A DNA stretch of 31,149 nucleotides from an uncultured Syntrophomonadaceae bacterium (GTDB taxonomy: Bacteria > Bacillota > Dethiobacteria > SKNC01). Location: NCBI GenBank assembly GCA_964474145.1, contig CAYYWR010000001.1, positions 1 through 31,149 of the forward strand, given 5' to 3'. Numbering within the stretch: the stretch's first letter is position 1; each line of letters begins with the position of its first letter. The notes below the pieces were generated by a model. That model was not told the DNA's origin. It saw only the letters and a program-made list of their open reading frames with translations, and made no database searches. This document shows positions 8,026 through 17,182 of the stretch, one piece after another. The position numbers and the translations under genes are program-made.

Positions 8026-10125
8026 TTAATTATCTGCAGGAGAATTAAACTCCACATTTACTACAGACCCTGTATCTACCCTGGTACCAGGGGGTGGATT
8101 CTGGTCTGTAGCAACTCCCGAACCATAAGAATTGAGGCGCAGCCCCATCCAGTTTAATAACTCACTTACCTCCCTTAGTGTTTTACCTCTTAAATCAGGC
8201 AATTTCAATTCAGCAGAGGCATCCACGCTTTCCTCACCAGTATATACAAGTATATTTGTCTGAAGAGGAACTACTGCTCCAGGCTTGGGAGTTTGCCTGG
8301 TAATAATATCTCCTCCACCAGTCACTTTTAAAATTAGCCCTTTTGTTTCTACCCGGGCACTGGCATCATCAATAGTGTTATCTGTCAAATCAGGCACCTG
8401 AACAGTACGGGCTTCTTCCTCCACTATTTTTCTGGGAACATCAAGGTAGTTTAAAATATCTACCATTATGTCCCTGAAAACCGGTGCAGCTATTTGTGAT
8501 GCCCACATGGGGCCCCTTTTGGGCTCATCTACAGCTACAAAAAGAAGTATCTCAGGGTCAATTGCAGGAGCAAAACCTATAAAAGACATGATGTTTTTAC
8601 CTTCAGCATAGCCTCCCTCCTCAACTTTTTGAGCCGTACCTGTTTTACCAGCTATTTTATAGCCTTCAATATAAGCATTAAGGCCACTGCCCTGGGAAAC
8701 TACTTTTTCCATAATCCAGGAAACCTGCTCTGATGTATCAGGGGATAAAGCCTCCCGGACAACCTGGGGCTCATTTCTTTCTACAACATTACCGTCTGCA
8801 TCTAAAAACTCCTTTACTATATAAGGCTCCAATATTTTCCCACCATTTGCCATGGCTGCTACAGCCATTACCTGTTGAATGGGAGTTGCAGATACCCCCT
8901 GCCCAAAAGATGTTGTAGCCAGTTCTACAGGGCCAACCTGCTCAGGACTGAATAAAATACCTAAACCTTCTCCCGGTAAATCTATGCCAGTTCTGGTCCC
9001 GAAACCAAAGGCATGAATGTATTTAAATAACTTTTCTTCTTCTAATCTCTGACCCAGAGCAATAAAGCCCGGGTTACAAGACCCTTGAACCACCTCAAGA
9101 AAATCTATACTCCCATGCCCCCCTTTATGAGACGTCCAGCACCTGATTTTCTGACCGGCTACTGTTGCATGGCCCGGGCAGTGAAAGCTTTCCTCCATAC
9201 GGTAAATGTTTTCTTCAATAGCTGCAGCCAGGGTTACTAGCTTAAAGGTGGAGCCAGGCTCAAAGGTAGCAAAGATAGGAGTAATTTGCCAGGACTCTGG
9301 CGGGTAATCCATATACCTGTTGGGATCATAATCAGGCTTTTTAGCCAGAGACAAGATCTCTCCCGTCTGGGGGTTTACCGCTATCGCCATGACACTTTTT
9401 GCATCATATTTCAGCTTGGCATTGCTCAGTTCCCGTTCTACAATAAACTGTATAGTCTCATCTACTGTCAAAACTATATCATAACCCGGTTCTGAAGGTA
9501 TGTACTGCTGCACACCCTGGGGCATTTGAAACCCCCGAGCATCTGATTGATAAATAATTCGACCATCCCGCCCCTTTAACGTGTCTTCATGGTAAAATTC
9601 TATTCCTGCCAGTCCCTCATCTATCCCTGCAAAACCCAGAATGTGAGATGCCAGATTTCCACTGGGGTAAAAGCGCTTGCTTTCTTTGGCAAAATCAATT
9701 CCTGAAAGCTCCAGTTCCCTTATTTTATGTGAAACTTCATCTTCAACTTTTCTTTTCACATAAACTAGAGATCTGTCCTGGCTAAAAATTTCTGTTAATC
9801 TTTCTTCTGTCATTTCCAGAATTGGTGACAAAACTATGGCAGTTTCTTCAGGGTCTTCTATCTGCTTGGGAATAGCTACTATGGTTTCAGCTGTAGCACT
9901 GCCGGCCAGAACTTTTTTGTTGCGGTCAAATATGGTGCCCCTGAGGGCTGTAACTGGAATGCTACGGTTCCATTGCTCATAAGCTTCATCCTGGAGCTCT
10001 TCCGCTTTAACAAGTTGTATCCACGCCAAACGGCCAATAAGGCCAACTATACAAAAGGTAAATAAAATGAAAAGGAGAATTAGCCTTTTTTTAAGAGTTA
10101 ACGTTGATATGGCTCCCTTTTCCAA
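8026..10125 (-). CDS. spoVD: Class B penicillin-binding protein (SpoVD/FtsI-like) with C-terminal PASTA domains
   Basis: N-terminal TM anchor, RGTIFDRN, SxxK (EPGSTFK), SxN (GSCN), KTG (GKTGTAQK) and two PASTA-like repeats; TTG start with GGGGAGG RBS. Confidence 0.9.
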   Translation of the reverse strand: MEKGAISTLTLKKRLILLFILFTFCIVGLIGRLAWIQLVKAEELQDEAYEQWNRSIPVTALRGTIFDRNKKVLAGSATAETIVAIPKQIEDPEETAIVLSPILEMTEERLTEIFSQDRSLVYVKRKVEDEVSHKIRELELSGIDFAKESKRFYPSGNLASHILGFAGIDEGLAGIEFYHEDTLKGRDGRIIYQSDARGFQMPQGVQQYIPSEPGYDIVLTVDETIQFIVERELSNAKLKYDAKSVMAIAVNPQTGEILSLAKKPDYDPNRYMDYPPESWQITPIFATFEPGSTFKLVTLAAAIEENIYRMEESFHCPGHATVAGQKIRCWTSHKGGHGSIDFLEVVQGSCNPGFIALGQRLEEEKLFKYIHAFGFGTRTGIDLPGEGLGILFSPEQVGPVELATTSFGQGVSATPIQQVMAVAAMANGGKILEPYIVKEFLDADGNVVERNEPQVVREALSPDTSEQVSWIMEKVVSQGSGLNAYIEGYKIAGKTGTAQKVEEGGYAEGKNIMSFIGFAPAIDPEILLFVAVDEPKRGPMWASQIAAPVFRDIMVDILNYLDVPRKIVEEEARTVQVPDLTDNTIDDASARVETKGLILKVTGGGDIITRQTPKPGAVVPLQTNILVYTGEESVDASAELKLPDLRGKTLREVSELLNWMGLRLNSYGSGVATDQNPPPGTRVDTGSVVNVEFNSPADN

Positions 10126-10157
10126 GTTTCTAACCTCCCCACAACATAAGAAGATTA

Positions 10158-10535
10158 TTAGTTTGTAGCCACTAATTCAGGTCTTTTATCTTCATTGGGA
10201 TAATACATGCCCAGTTCATTGATGGCAATGCCTTCTATTCTTTCCAGAGTTTTTAAATTAGCTATCTCAATTTTTAAATGATCCTGCTTTACATGGAGCT
10301 CTCCCAATTTCTGTTCATAATATATAATTTCCTTGTTTAATTGTGTGATTTGATTATAGTGATTTACCAGGAGAATTGCTACTGCTGCATGAATTAGTAC
10401 AAAAATACAACCAAATATTTTTACTAACCTGTCTTTCTTTAATTTAAATCTGTTTACATTTTTTTTGTTGTGCCTTTCATAGTTCCTTTCATAGCTCCTG
10501 TAGTTCTCTAATTTTTTTTGTCTGGCTACTAACAA
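10158..10535 (-). CDS. ftsL: Cell division protein FtsL-like
   Basis: Basic N-terminus, single TM, coiled coil ending LERIEGIAINELGMYYP; position between rsmH and the PBP. Confidence 0.8.
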   Translation of the reverse strand: MLVARQKKLENYRSYERNYERHNKKNVNRFKLKKDRLVKIFGCIFVLIHAAVAILLVNHYNQITQLNKEIIYYEQKLGELHVKQDHLKIEIANLKTLERIEGIAINELGMYYPNEDKRPELVATN

Positions 10536-10565
10536 AAATATTCACCTGCCCTTTTTTTTAGAACA

Positions 10566-11492
10566 TTAATTAATCTTTTCCCCTACCCTTAATTTGGAAC
10601 TCCGGGCCCGGGGGTTAGACTTGACTTCTTTCTGGAGAGGGACCACTGGTTTCCTGGTAATTATTTTAACCCTGGGCTTGTAGCCACAGGCACAAACGGG
10701 TAGCCCCGGGGGGCAAAGACAACTACTGGCATTAGTTCTTAAAAATTTTTTTACGATTCTATCCTCTAATGAGTGAAATGAAACTATGCATAGCCTTCCC
10801 CCAGCTCTCAATATACTCAAAGATGCCTCAAGGCCTGATTCCAGGCTTTCCAGTTCTCTATTTACAGCTATCCTTAAAGCCTGAAATGTCCTCCTGGCTG
10901 GATGGCCTCCTTTTCTCCTGGCCCTGGCCGGAATAGCAGCCTTAATAATATCCACCAGTTCCCCTGTTGTAGTAATCTTTTTTTTCAACCTTTCCCTTAC
11001 GATAAACCTGGCTATCCTGTTTGCCCAGTTTTCTTCACCATAAACTGTAATTATTCTGGTCAACTCCTCCTCTGTTAGCCGGTTAACCAGACTGCCCGCA
11101 GTAGTTTTTAAACTTTTATCCATGCGCATATCCAAAGGAGCATCTTTTTGATAGGAAAACCCCCTATCTTCCTCCTCCAGTTGCATTGAGGAAACCCCCA
11201 GGTCAAATAAAACGCCATCTACATTGTTTATTCCGTGTTCCTGGGATAAATATTTCATATCACCAAAGTTACCTTTAATTAATTTAAAGTTTTTATATTT
11301 ACATAATCTCTCAGCAGCTTTTTCCAGTGCTCTCTCATCTTGATCTATGCCCCATAAAAATCCATGGGGTTGTATAGCTTCCAGTATTTTTGCTGCATGG
11401 CCACCCAGACCTACCGTGCAGTCTATAATAATTTTGCCGGAATCGCAGTTTAAATAGTCAAGGACCTCTTCTAATAGTACGGGAGCATGCAA
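10566..11492 (-). CDS. rsmH: 16S rRNA m4C1402 methyltransferase
   Basis: HAPVLL, DCTVGLGGH, DLGVSSMQL, RGFSY, PLDMRMD, TFQALRIAVN, SFHSLEDRIVK and NPRARSSKLR motifs; TTG start, with GGAGG RBS in the last mraZ codons. Confidence 0.97.
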   Translation of the reverse strand: MHAPVLLEEVLDYLNCDSGKIIIDCTVGLGGHAAKILEAIQPHGFLWGIDQDERALEKAAERLCKYKNFKLIKGNFGDMKYLSQEHGINNVDGVLFDLGVSSMQLEEEDRGFSYQKDAPLDMRMDKSLKTTAGSLVNRLTEEELTRIITVYGEENWANRIARFIVRERLKKKITTTGELVDIIKAAIPARARRKGGHPARRTFQALRIAVNRELESLESGLEASLSILRAGGRLCIVSFHSLEDRIVKKFLRTNASSCLCPPGLPVCACGYKPRVKIITRKPVVPLQKEVKSNPRARSSKLRVGEKIN

Positions 11493-11494
11493 TC

Positions 11495-11938
11495 TTATAC
11501 CTCCAAATCCAGGTCAAAATCTACAATCTTTTCTGAGATTTCTTCAAAAGATAGATTTGCTTCTTCACTATACTTTTCCCAAACTTCACGGCTCCAAATC
11601 TCAACACGATTAGATACACCTATTACAACAGCTTCTTTATCCAGTTTTGCATGATTTCGTAAATTTTGGGGTATTAAAACCCGCCCCTGCTTATCTGCCT
11701 CACCCTCAACTGCTCCAGAAAAGAAAAATCGGGTAAAAGCCCGGGCATCAGCTTTAGTGAAGGGCAAAGCTTTTAACTTTTTTTCTAACTTTTCCCATTC
11801 TGTTTGAGGATAGACAAAAAGGCAACTATCAAGGCCCCGGGTCACAATAAAGGTTTCCCCCAGCCCTTCCCTGAACCTGGCCGGTATTATGACTCTGCCT
11901 TTTCCATCTATAGAATGCTGGTATTCTCCCATAAACAT
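11495..11938 (-). CDS. mraZ: Division/cell-wall cluster transcriptional repressor MraZ
   Basis: [28 protein letters not shown] and GVSNRVEIW motifs; first gene of the dcw cluster. Confidence 0.97.
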   Translation of the reverse strand: MFMGEYQHSIDGKGRVIIPARFREGLGETFIVTRGLDSCLFVYPQTEWEKLEKKLKALPFTKADARAFTRFFFSGAVEGEADKQGRVLIPQNLRNHAKLDKEAVVIGVSNRVEIWSREVWEKYSEEANLSFEEISEKIVDFDLDLEV

Positions 11939-11966
11939 TTTTCACTACCACCAATTATATAAATTA

Positions 11967-11992
11967 CACCACTTTGTACCACTTTGCACCAC
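11967..11992 (-). promoter_or_regulatory. MraZ operator (three direct repeats)
   Basis: GTGGTG-CAAA-GTGGTA-CAAA-GTGGTG with 10-bp period directly upstream of mraZ, matching the known GTGG-type MraZ boxes. Confidence 0.85.
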
Positions 11993-12063
11993 TCTCATTC
12001 ATTTATTATTCTCTTAATAGATGAAAAGTCCTGCTTTCTTTTGGGAAAAAAATAAAGAATTGC

Positions 12064-12117
12064 AAAAAAAATAAGCTTTTCAATTAGTTAAAACTTTGGC
12101 TGGGAAGAAAAGCTTAT
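12064..12117 (-). terminator. Probable intrinsic terminator after the PK_C-domain gene
   Basis: 11-bp inverted repeat ATAAGCTTTTC/GAAAAGCTTAT (25-nt loop) followed by U7 on the minus strand. Confidence 0.5.
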
Positions 12118-12149
12118 ATTACACTGATTTTATGATTTTTTACTGTTTT

Positions 12150-12698
12150 TTAGAAATCCCGGGGCTTACAAATTATTTCTTTTATGGCCCCCTGGAAAAA
12201 ATTTTTGGCATGGGAGGGCTGAATAACCAGGGCTGTATCTGCACCCCTTCCAGAACCCCCTATGGAAATTATTTCCCTTCCAAAAGGAATCAGGCCGGCA
12301 TCTAAAGCCATAACTGCTATTTCTACAGCCACTTTAGTCCCCTGACCAAACATTTTAAATGTACTGGCTACTATACTGGAATAAGTGGAGCCGCCAAAAT
12401 TATTTTCAATTCCCCGCTCAATGCCCCCCATTAAATGGGTAGCAGTAAGAATTTTCACGCCCCTGGATTCCAGTTCAATGGCATCTTTATCCTCCATAAT
12501 CTGTTTTCCCTCTTCCTTAAAGCCAGCATGAGAACGAACACATACAACATTTAATCCTTTCCCAGTCAGCATTCCAGCAGTGTAGCCAGTACTAGAAGCT
12601 ACAACGAAAGAATCAATTTTAAGCTCTTTTCCTTTACTTAAGGCCAGCTCAATGGTTTCCTGAGTCATTTCCCTGCCCCTCTTATCCCAAAACATCAA
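12150..12698 (-). CDS. Stand-alone pyruvate kinase C-terminal alpha/beta-domain protein (COG1751/MTH1675-like), function unknown
   Basis: VVASSTGYTA, FGQGTKVAVEIAVMALDAG, GGSGRGADTA and EIICKPR recalled as typical of this family; GGAGG RBS before TTG 12698 / ATG 12695. Confidence 0.8.
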   Translation of the reverse strand: MMFWDKRGREMTQETIELALSKGKELKIDSFVVASSTGYTAGMLTGKGLNVVCVRSHAGFKEEGKQIMEDKDAIELESRGVKILTATHLMGGIERGIENNFGGSTYSSIVASTFKMFGQGTKVAVEIAVMALDAGLIPFGREIISIGGSGRGADTALVIQPSHAKNFFQGAIKEIICKPRDF

Positions 12699-12830
12699 TA
12701 AATACCTCCATATGAATACATCTTATTCAACTAGCCACGGCCCATGATTGCTATAGTGATTATACTTACTGCTTACCCTATAGTCTGCCAGGAGAGGCAT
12801 TATGAAAGAATAGTACAAAAAAACAAAAAC

Positions 12831-13008
12831 AAACCCCGCCATGCCGTGCTCCGATGTTTTGAACTGTCCCTTCCACAGGTGGGTGCCCTCCTATATACTT
12901 TATATGTCCTTCCTTAGAAGGCCTATACGCCATATATAGAGACCAGGCTCCCTTTTAATTGCTGTTAGCTCAAAACTTATCGGGAACACACGCACACAGC
13001 AGGGATAT
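12831..13008 (-). ncRNA. ssrS: 6S RNA
   Basis: ~178-nt rod: CCCUGCUGUGU...UUCCCGAU pairs with AUCGGAGCACGGCAUGGCGGGG; GUUUUGAGCU pairs with AGUUCAAAAC; central bubble flanked by GGGAGC / GGCACCCACCUG; U-rich 3' tail; lies downstream of aspS as in B. subtilis. Confidence 0.92.
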
Positions 13009-13068
13009 TTGAATATTTTTAACATTTTGATTATATTCTGCAGCGTGTTTACTCTATTGTATGCACTT

Positions 13069-13097
13069 ATAATAACACATTAACTGTTAATTGGCAA
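13069..13097 (-). promoter_or_regulatory. sigmaA-type promoter for the 6S RNA (precursor)
   Basis: TTGCCA (13097-13092), 17 nt, TATTAT (13074-13069), with a TGn extended -10. Confidence 0.65.
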
Positions 13098-13120
13098 GAG
13101 AAATTGGAATTAATAATAAT

Positions 13121-13202
13121 AGCTCCTCACTGGTAATTGCGGCGGCTCAGCTCCGGGCTTTCCCGCAGGCTTCCCACTGGACATTCACCATCCATGGCTC
13201 AC
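13121..13202. other. GC-rich (~60%) structured non-coding element of unknown nature
   Basis: 50/82 G+C inside AT-rich flanks; hairpins GCCA-UGGA-UGGU and CGGG-AAAG-CCCG; UGCGG...CCGCA pairing; CCAGTG repeated twice on the minus strand. Confidence 0.4.
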
Positions 13203-13209
13203 ATAAATA

Positions 13210-14997
13210 TTAATTATCTTCCTCCTGTTCTTCGCCTTCCTTTTCAGGCAACTCTAAACTAAGGCATAGCTCATCTAGCTGTTGTATATTAACAGGTGCG
13301 GGTGCATCTGTCAGCAGGCAACTGGCACTTGCAGTTTTGGGAAAGGGTATTACCTCCCTTATAGAACCAGCTTTCAACATTAACATTATAAGGCGGTCCA
13401 ACCCCAGGGCAATCCCACCGTGGGGCGGTGTTCCGTATTCAAAAGCCCGTAATAAGAATCCAAACTTTTCATAAGATTCCTCCCGGGTAAAGCCCAGTAG
13501 TTTTAACAGTCTTTCCTGAAGCTCCCGTTGATGAATACGAATACTTCCCCCACCTATTTCTACGCCATTTAATACCAGGTCATAAGCCTGAGCCCTGACT
13601 GACAAAGGATTTTCTTCCAGTAAACCTGTGTCTTCCTCCACCGGAGAAGTAAAAGGATGGTGGTTGGACACATACCTCTTTTCCCCTTCATCAAAAGATA
13701 GTAAAGGAAAGTCAGTGACCCATAAAAAGTTGTCTTCCCGGGTAATTATATTTAACTTTTCTCCCAGGTGAATTCTGAGCCTGCCTAAAACTTCCTCTGC
13801 TACTCCCTGGTTATCAGCTACAAATACCAGCAGATCTCCCTCTCGGGCATCCATAATTTTGCTTAACTCTGTCAATTGCTCTGCTTTAAAAAACTTGTTT
13901 ATAGGTGATTTCAATCCTTCAGGACCTACCATAAACCAGGCCAGCCCTTTAGCTCCCATTTTTATTGATAAATCTGTGAGATCATCTACTTCTTTACGGC
14001 TAAAGGAAGCCCCTTTAGCATTGATTCCCCTTACCACGCCTCCCCTGGCCAGTGCACCGGTAAAAACCTTAAATTCCGATTCTGCTACCAGCCTGGATAC
14101 ATCTTTAATCTCCAGGCCAAAACGGGTATCAGGTTTGTCGGTTCCAAACCTGGTCATGGCTTCCCTGTAAGGTAAACGAGGAAAAGGACACTTCACTTCT
14201 TTACCCAGTACTTTATTGAAAATTTCAGCTATAAGCCCTTCTATGGCACTCATAATATCCTGGGAATCAATAAAAGACATCTCCATATCAAGCTGGGTAA
14301 ACTCAGGCTGCCGATCAGCTCTTAAATCCTCATCCCTGAAACATCTGGCTATCTGGAAATACTTTTCCGTCCCGGCTACCATTAAAAGCTGTTTAAAAAG
14401 CTGAGGTGACTGGGGCAAAGCGAAAAAGCTGCCAGGCTTTACCCGGCCGGGCACCAGGTAATCTCTGGCCCCTTCCGGAGTACTTCTGGTTAAAACCGGT
14501 GTTTCCACTTCCCAGAAACCCTCCCGGTCTAAGTAATCCCTGATATTTTTAGTTATTTTATGCCTCAGGTAAAGCTTTTCCTGCATCTCGGGCCTTCTCA
14601 AATCCAGGTAACGATACCTGAGCCGCAAGTTTTCATCTACATCTATACCGTCTTCTATGTATAATGGAGGAGTCTGGGAGGAATTAAGTATGGTCAAAGA
14701 ACCTACAAATACCTCTACCTCCCCGGTACTTAACTTGAGGTTAACTGTTTCCTGTGACCTGGCAGATATCTCTCCTTCTACGGCAATAACATACTCATTC
14801 CGCAGGCTTTCTGCCAAATGAAATATTTCCATACTCTTCTCTTGATCGAAGACTACCTGAATGAGACCGGTACGATCCCTCAAATCAATAAAAATAATTC
14901 CTCCATGATCTCTGCGCCTTTGAACCCATCCCCTAAGACTAACTTTTTCTCCTATTTGATTTGCATTTATAGTTCCACAGCCGTGAGTTTTTTTCAT
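13210..14997 (-). CDS. aspS: Aspartate--tRNA ligase (possibly non-discriminating, Asp/Asn)
   Basis: RRRDHGGIIFIDLRD, LRYRYLDLRR, STPEGARDY, LPQSPQLFKQLLM, FRDEDLRADRQPEFTQLD, HHPFT, GGGSIRIH and PPHGGIALGLDR motifs; GGGAGG RBS. Confidence 0.97.
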   Translation of the reverse strand: MKKTHGCGTINANQIGEKVSLRGWVQRRRDHGGIIFIDLRDRTGLIQVVFDQEKSMEIFHLAESLRNEYVIAVEGEISARSQETVNLKLSTGEVEVFVGSLTILNSSQTPPLYIEDGIDVDENLRLRYRYLDLRRPEMQEKLYLRHKITKNIRDYLDREGFWEVETPVLTRSTPEGARDYLVPGRVKPGSFFALPQSPQLFKQLLMVAGTEKYFQIARCFRDEDLRADRQPEFTQLDMEMSFIDSQDIMSAIEGLIAEIFNKVLGKEVKCPFPRLPYREAMTRFGTDKPDTRFGLEIKDVSRLVAESEFKVFTGALARGGVVRGINAKGASFSRKEVDDLTDLSIKMGAKGLAWFMVGPEGLKSPINKFFKAEQLTELSKIMDAREGDLLVFVADNQGVAEEVLGRLRIHLGEKLNIITREDNFLWVTDFPLLSFDEGEKRYVSNHHPFTSPVEEDTGLLEENPLSVRAQAYDLVLNGVEIGGGSIRIHQRELQERLLKLLGFTREESYEKFGFLLRAFEYGTPPHGGIALGLDRLIMLMLKAGSIREVIPFPKTASASCLLTDAPAPVNIQQLDELCLSLELPEKEGEEQEEDN

Positions 14998-15021
14998 AAT
15001 TTATAAAACCTCCCATGTCTA

Positions 15022-16284
15022 TTAATTAATTATCTTTTTAACTATTTTAACTATCTCCTGTAAACTGACTTCTTTCTGGTCCCCTGTTTGCATATCCCTC
15101 AATACAGTTTTGTTTTTTTCTATTTCTTCGTCTCCTAGAATGATAACAAACCGGGATCCAGTTTTATTAGCCTGCTTCATCTGTGCCTTCAAGCTCCTAT
15201 CCAGATAATCTTTGTCTGCCCTCAAATCATTTTCCCGGAGCTTCATAACTAGCTTTGTCCCTTCTAAACCAGCCTTTTCTCCAAGGGTTGCCACAAATAT
15301 TTTCTCCTTTTCCATATCCTTCAAGTCATAATTTTTGCTTTCCAAAGCCAGCAGTATTCTTTCCAGGCCAACGGCAAAACCTATAGCCGGTGTAGGATTA
15401 CCGCCACAAACTTCTACCAGGTTATCATAGCGACCTCCTCCACCCAGGGAGTTTTGGGAACCCCATAAAGGGTCAACAATTTCAAAAGCTGTTTTGGTAT
15501 AGTAGTCCAGGCCCCTTACCAGTCTTGGGTTTAATTCATAGGCAATATCCAGACATCTTAAATGCCGGATCACTCCGCTAAAATGCTGGTCACATTTACT
15601 ACACAGGTGCTCATACATGCCTGGCACTTCTCTGGTAATATCTTTACATTTATTCTCCTTACAATCTAGAATTCGCAAAGGATTAGTCTGGGAACGCTTT
15701 TGACAATCGGGACACAAGTCATCCTTGTGTTTGGATAAGTGTTTTTGTATTTCTTCTTTATAAAGAGGACGACAGCTTTCACAGCCAACACTATTTAACT
15801 CCAGTAACAGATCATCCAGCTGAAGCGAATGAAAAAACACCATGGCCAGCATTATTACTTCTGCATCCAGGGATGGGTTTTCTGCCCCAAAGGCTTCAAC
15901 CCCGAACTGATGAAACTGACGGTACCTTCCTGCCTGGGGGCGGTCATAACGAAACATGGGGCCCAGGTAAAAAAACTTAGTAGGTTGGGCCTGTGTATAA
16001 AGCTTATGCTCCAAAAAAGCCCTCACTGTAGAAGCAGTACCCTCCGGGCGCAAGGTTATACTTCTTTCCCCCTTGTCCAAAAAAGTATACATTTCCTTCC
16101 CTACAATATCTGTTTCTTCCCCTACGCTGCGGGTAAAAAGCTCCGTATGCTCAAAAATAGGCGTTCTTATCTCTTTATAATCATAGTTTTGACATATTTT
16201 CTTAAAAACTCTTTCAATATACTGCCATTTTTCTACCTCTCCGGGCAAAATATCCCTGGTTCCCCGTGGAGCTCTGGCCAGCAT
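15022..16284 (-). CDS. hisS: Histidine--tRNA ligase
   Basis: APRGTRD, TLRPEGTA, RYDRPQAGRYRQFHQFGVE, LVRGLDYY and GGGRYD motifs. Start reassigned to ATG 16284 (AGGAGGG RBS), giving 420 aa. Confidence 0.97.
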   Translation of the reverse strand: MLARAPRGTRDILPGEVEKWQYIERVFKKICQNYDYKEIRTPIFEHTELFTRSVGEETDIVGKEMYTFLDKGERSITLRPEGTASTVRAFLEHKLYTQAQPTKFFYLGPMFRYDRPQAGRYRQFHQFGVEAFGAENPSLDAEVIMLAMVFFHSLQLDDLLLELNSVGCESCRPLYKEEIQKHLSKHKDDLCPDCQKRSQTNPLRILDCKENKCKDITREVPGMYEHLCSKCDQHFSGVIRHLRCLDIAYELNPRLVRGLDYYTKTAFEIVDPLWGSQNSLGGGGRYDNLVEVCGGNPTPAIGFAVGLERILLALESKNYDLKDMEKEKIFVATLGEKAGLEGTKLVMKLRENDLRADKDYLDRSLKAQMKQANKTGSRFVIILGDEEIEKNKTVLRDMQTGDQKEVSLQEIVKIVKKIIN

Positions 16285-16313
16285 GTTTATCCCTCCTGTT
16301 ATTTTACTTTTAA

Positions 16314-16590
16314 CCAAAATAATCCCCTCCTCCTGAAAAGACATTGCTTTTTTCAGGGGCGAGAGGATTAACTGCCCGCGGTGCCACCCTGTTTAACCTT
16401 AGAAAAAACTGATGTAAGGTTATCTTTTTCCTTTAACGGCGGACCCGTCTATAGCTTACTTTTTTAGAATTTTTCAGCTTGATACTCTCAGGCGTTTTTC
16501 AGTTACTTTCGGCAAGGGATAATTTCAGTCAGGTTACCCCCTTCCTGTTGCCAAAAAACACAACCTACTCTTCCTGATCATCGTATTTAT
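16314..16590 (-). promoter_or_regulatory. T-box riboswitch (transcriptional) for hisS-aspS; specifier reads AAC (Asn)
   Basis: Stem I K-turn (AUAC-GAUGA-UCAGG / CCUGA-GA-GUAU), AGUA/GAA S-turn, stem II with GAA/AGUA, CCGUUA F-box, T-box AGGGUGGCACCGCG (16390-16377), long terminator 16369-16321 plus U-rich tail. Confidence 0.93.
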
Positions 16591-16619
16591 ATACTATATA
16601 GTATTGTCTTTTAGAATAG

Positions 16620-16648
16620 ATTTTAAACAATTTATTAAGCCTTGTCAA
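16620..16648 (-). promoter_or_regulatory. sigmaA promoter of the T-box-hisS-aspS transcript
   Basis: TTGACA (16648-16643), 17 nt, TAAAAT (16625-16620), ~30 nt upstream of T-box stem I. Confidence 0.85.
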
Positions 16649-16677
16649 CGAATTATAATGGTGGAATGATTTTAAAA

Positions 16678-17127
16678 CTAAAAAATTTTATGGCTGTCCA
16701 GCATAAAAGTTACCGGACCATCATTTATAATTTCTACTACCATCATGGCCTGAAACTGCCCCTGCTCTACCTTTACCCCCTTTCCCCCGAACAGTTTACA
16801 AAAAGCTTCATAAAGCTCCTGGGCTTTATCCGGAGATGCTGCTTCGAAAAAACCGGGCCTCCTTCCCTTGCGACAATCTCCATATATAGTAAACTGGGAG
16901 ACTACCAGGGCCTCCCCCTTTATGTCAAGCAAAGAAAGGTTCATCTTGCCTGCCTCGTCTTCAAATATCCTCAGGTTTGCTATTTTTTCCACAAGATACC
17001 TGGCATGAGACAAATCATCCTCCTTGCCTACTCCCAGGAGTATCACCAGACCCTTATTAATTGAGCCTACTTCATAGTCATTTACCGTAACTCTACCCCG
17101 CTTTACCCTCTGAATTATGGCACGCAA
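16678..17127 (-). CDS. dtd: D-aminoacyl-tRNA deacylase
   Basis: [29 protein letters not shown] and NDGPVT motifs; directly after rel. Confidence 0.96.
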   Translation of the reverse strand: MRAIIQRVKRGRVTVNDYEVGSINKGLVILLGVGKEDDLSHARYLVEKIANLRIFEDEAGKMNLSLLDIKGEALVVSQFTIYGDCRKGRRPGFFEAASPDKAQELYEAFCKLFGGKGVKVEQGQFQAMMVVEIINDGPVTFMLDSHKIF

Positions 17128-17182
17128 AATAAATTACCCCCTGTTAACAAACTATATATAGCTGTTTACTCCTCTATTTTAT

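Noticed and set aside
13140-13170. GGAAAGCCCGGAGCU resembling RNase P RNA P4, or a group II intron domain V fragment
   Set aside because: Match is only ~14 nt, there is no room for a full RNA, and the other conserved elements are missing
16285-16344. N-terminal extension of the hisS ORF (MSFQEEGIILVKSKITGGIN)
   Set aside because: It overlaps the T-box terminator; a strong RBS precedes ATG 16284. The extensions of spoVE (to 2682), murE (to 7913) and secF (to 24257) were rejected on the same RBS and homology grounds.
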